From an uncultured Gemmatimonadales bacterium (GTDB lineage: Bacteria; Gemmatimonadota; Gemmatimonadetes; Longimicrobiales; Gaopeijiaceae), in assembly GCA_963823035.1 (NCBI GenBank), contig CAWGKG010000020.1, positions 160,001 to 224,000 of the forward strand: a DNA stretch of 64,000 bases, written 5' to 3'. The notes beneath the pieces are model-generated. The model searched no databases and was not told the origin of the DNA. It saw nothing but the letters and a program-made list of their open reading frames with translations. Position numbers and translations under genes: made by a program. Shown here piece by piece: positions 61,793 through 64,000 of this stretch. Within the stretch, counting starts at the first letter, position 1. Every line of letters starts with the position of its first letter.

Positions 61793-61796
61793 TCCC

Positions 61797-62177
61797 GTGA
61801 AGAGCGAAACCGCGTTCTGTTCCGGCTGTGGCCACCAGGTTCGCCTCGTCTTCATCGATCCGCCGCCGCACGACGGTCAGGCGAACCTCAGGGACGGCGC
61901 CGAGGTGGTCTGTCTGGACTACAAGGAGGGGTGCACGGCGGGGAAGTGCCCGACCACCGGCAAGCCCGGGATCGTCATGGGCGTCCGGCTGGCGAAGAGC
62001 CACCTGAACGACGGCACCTTCAAGACCATCCACGCCCGCTGTGAGGGGTGCGGCCAGGTCTCCGATCTCGAGGTGCTCGACGACACCTTCGCGCTGTGCA
62101 CGCTGTGCAACACCACCAATCGGTGGGTGACGCTCAGCCTTCCCGACGGCAGCAGGGTGGCGCTCACGGGGCGGTAG
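61797..62177 (+). CDS. Small Cys-rich hypothetical protein (paralogue 2) with extra zinc-ribbon-like domain
   Basis: GGAGG RBS, GTG start; 126 aa; CSGC-x27-C-x6-C-x4-CP plus CEGC-x15-CTLC. Confidence 0.78.
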   Translation: MKSETAFCSGCGHQVRLVFIDPPPHDGQANLRDGAEVVCLDYKEGCTAGKCPTTGKPGIVMGVRLAKSHLNDGTFKTIHARCEGCGQVSDLEVLDDTFALCTLCNTTNRWVTLSLPDGSRVALTGR

Positions 62178-62226
62178 CCACGCGCGGCGGCCGAGGTCGG
62201 ATCGGGGTTCGCGATCCGCGCGCGTC

Positions 62227-62775
62227 TCAGCGCGCTCCGCCCACGTCGAAGAGCGGGTCGAGGAAGCGGAACGTCCGGTACAGCTCCTCTCCCTCGAGCG
62301 GAGGGTCCAGGTGCTGTGCCCCCACAAAGGCGAGCTGGAAGACGCGGGCCAGGCGCCGGGCGGCATCCCCTTCGCCCATCCGCTCGGCGCACAACTCCTC
62401 GAGGAAGGCCAGCCGCCGACGATCCACGCGGTCCTGGACCTCGCGGGCGAGCGGCTCGCGTGCGGTCCATCCCCGGATCGCGCGCTCCAGGCGCGCGTTC
62501 TTCAGCTCGGACGCCTGCCGGTTCACGGCCCGCATCCGGTCCTCGACCGGCGCGGCGGAGCGTCCCGTCTCGATCAGCCGATCGGTGGCCGCGCGCTCCC
62601 ACGCCTCCAGGAGCGCCCGCACGTAGCCGGGTCGTCCCTCGAAATGGTGATAGAACGACCCCTTCGATCGGTCCAGCCGCGCGCATAGCGCGTCGACGGT
62701 GAGGCCCCCGTCGCCCTCGTCCACGAGGATGCGGAACCCCTTTTCGATCCAGTCGTGGCGGGTGACGCGCGTCAT
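62227..62775 (-). CDS. TetR/AcrR family transcriptional regulator
   Basis: LTVDALCARLDRSKGSFYHHF HTH; GAGAGGA RBS before ATG 62775. Confidence 0.92.
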   Translation of the reverse strand: MTRVTRHDWIEKGFRILVDEGDGGLTVDALCARLDRSKGSFYHHFEGRPGYVRALLEAWERAATDRLIETGRSAAPVEDRMRAVNRQASELKNARLERAIRGWTAREPLAREVQDRVDRRRLAFLEELCAERMGEGDAARRLARVFQLAFVGAQHLDPPLEGEELYRTFRFLDPLFDVGGAR

Positions 62776-62903
62776 GGACTGTCCTCTCTCGGCCCGTGCG
62801 ATCTCCGTGTTCATCCAGTCCCCCATCTTCATCTCGGACGGACCCCGTACGCCGGTGCGTGCGATCGCGCCGGCCACGGCGTGCGAGGCGATACGAAGTA
62901 ACC

Positions 62904-62920
62904 TACCAAACGGTCTGGTA
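62904..62920. promoter_or_regulatory. Probable TetR operator
   Basis: TACCAAAC-G-GTCTGGTA near-perfect inverted repeat between divergent tetR and MBL genes. Confidence 0.55.
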
Positions 62921-63007
62921 TAGCCCAAGAGAAGAGACGACCTCTATCTTCGTGGTCGCTCGAGCCTGCCGAACTGGCGCGGCGGAACGTCCCACCCCAC
63001 GCTTCCC

Positions 63008-64000
63008 ATGACCTCACCCAACCGGCCCTCCCACCACCGCGCCGACGGCCGCTTCCGTAATCCCTGGCCTACCGCCGCCGGTGACGACGCGCTGCGGCGG
63101 CGCTTCTGGCGCCTGGTCTGGGAGTGGCGCACCACGAAGCGAGCGCCCGACCCGGAGCCTGGGCAGATCCCGCGCGCGACGCCGGCCCTGGCCCATCCCG
63201 TGGTCCGGGCGGGCGAGGTCCGCGTAACGTGGATCGGGCACGCGACCGCGCTGATCCAGCTGCCGGGGCTCAACCTCCTGACCGACCCCGTATGGTCGGA
63301 TCGCTGCTCCCCCGTCGGCTTCGCCGGGCCGCCCCGCTTCGTGCCACCCCCGATGGCCCTCGCGGACCTTCCGACCATCCACGCCGTCCTGCTGTCGCAC
63401 GACCACTACGACCATCTGGATCGGCAGACCGTGCTGGCGCTGCACGAGCGCTACCGGGACGACCTCACCTGGCTCACGCCCCTCGGTTACCGTGCCTGGT
63501 TCGCCGGCCTCGGTGTGCACACGGTGGTCGAGCGGGACTGGTGGGAAGGGGTCGAGCTCCCTGGTGGAGCGTTCGAAGCGGTGGCCACTCCCGCCCGCCA
63601 TTGGACGCGGCGCCGCCCGTTGGGCACGAACAGCCGCTTGTGGTGCGGCTGGGTGATCCGGCCGCGGGGCGACGCGCCGGGGCCGCGCCTCTGGTTCGCC
63701 GGCGATTCGGGCTACTGCCCGGCCTTCGGGGAGATCGGCGAGCGGCTGGGTCCGTTCGACCTGTCCCTCGTCCCGATCGGAGCCTACGAGCCCCGCTGGT
63801 TCATGGGCTCGGCGCACATGAACCCGGAAGAGGCCGTTCAGGCCTACCGGGACGCGGGAGGGCGAGGTGGATTCGTCGGCATCCACTGGGGCACGTGGCG
63901 GCTGACGTTCGAGGACCCCCTCGAGCCGCCGGCGCGAGCGCGTGCCGCATGGGAGGGGGCCGGACTGCCCTCGGGGGACCTGCACCTCCTGCGCCACGGC
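63008..64000 (+). CDS. MBL-fold metallo-hydrolase (NAPE-PLD/RomA-like), runs off window end; absent from ORF track
   Basis: GRFRNPWP, VTWIGHAT, LTDPVWS, LLSHDHYDHLD, TPARHW, FAGDSGY, PIGAYEPRW, HMNPEEA, IHWGT. Confidence 0.92.
   Translation, partial: MTSPNRPSHHRADGRFRNPWPTAAGDDALRRRFWRLVWEWRTTKRAPDPEPGQIPRATPALAHPVVRAGEVRVTWIGHATALIQLPGLNLLTDPVWSDRCSPVGFAGPPRFVPPPMALADLPTIHAVLLSHDHYDHLDRQTVLALHERYRDDLTWLTPLGYRAWFAGLGVHTVVERDWWEGVELPGGAFEAVATPARHWTRRRPLGTNSRLWCGWVIRPRGDAPGPRLWFAGDSGYCPAFGEIGERLGPFDLSLVPIGAYEPRWFMGSAHMNPEEAVQAYRDAGGRGGFVGIHWGTWRLTFEDPLEPPARARAAWEGAGLPSGDLHLLRHG

Overview
Very GC-rich (roughly 70% by eye) bacterial chromosomal DNA, most plausibly Gemmatimonadota. That placement is an inference from the SusC/SusD pair, the barrel-less plug proteins, DUF5916 and the DUF1552/DUF1592 genes. 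I found no rRNA, tRNA, CRISPR array or mobile element. Many genes are split by single-base indels that look like long-read consensus errors, so several ORF-track entries are fragments or shadow frames and were re-joined by hand. Left to right: (1) a Ktr/Trk K+ uptake pair with two receiver proteins; (2) a 9-gene minus-strand MoxR/DUF58/vWA operon with a TPR gluzincin, a caspase-fold protein lacking its Cys and two DUF4159 genes; (3) a peptide-utilisation-like locus (DUF5916, SusC/SusD, plug-only proteins, S9 and M1 peptidases, orphan trpF); (4) a SufR-like/membrane protein/DUF59/DUF2249 operon; (5) divergent from it, korA-korB-unknown-rnfB-giant PFOR; (6) a block with a cytochrome c, a CHRD protein and DUF1592-DUF1552-ankyrin; (7) rnfCDGEA-small Cys-rich ORF-apbE-two Cys-rich paralogues; (8) TetR and an MBL hydrolase. 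The best candidate for an undescribed system is the split 2-oxoacid oxidoreductase/Rnf module. It contains a Cys-free pseudo-PFOR subunit, an unannotated 49-aa NqrM-like ORF and two Cys-rich paralogues of no family I recognise. Its two operons are preceded by the same gap-free 104-bp promoter architecture.
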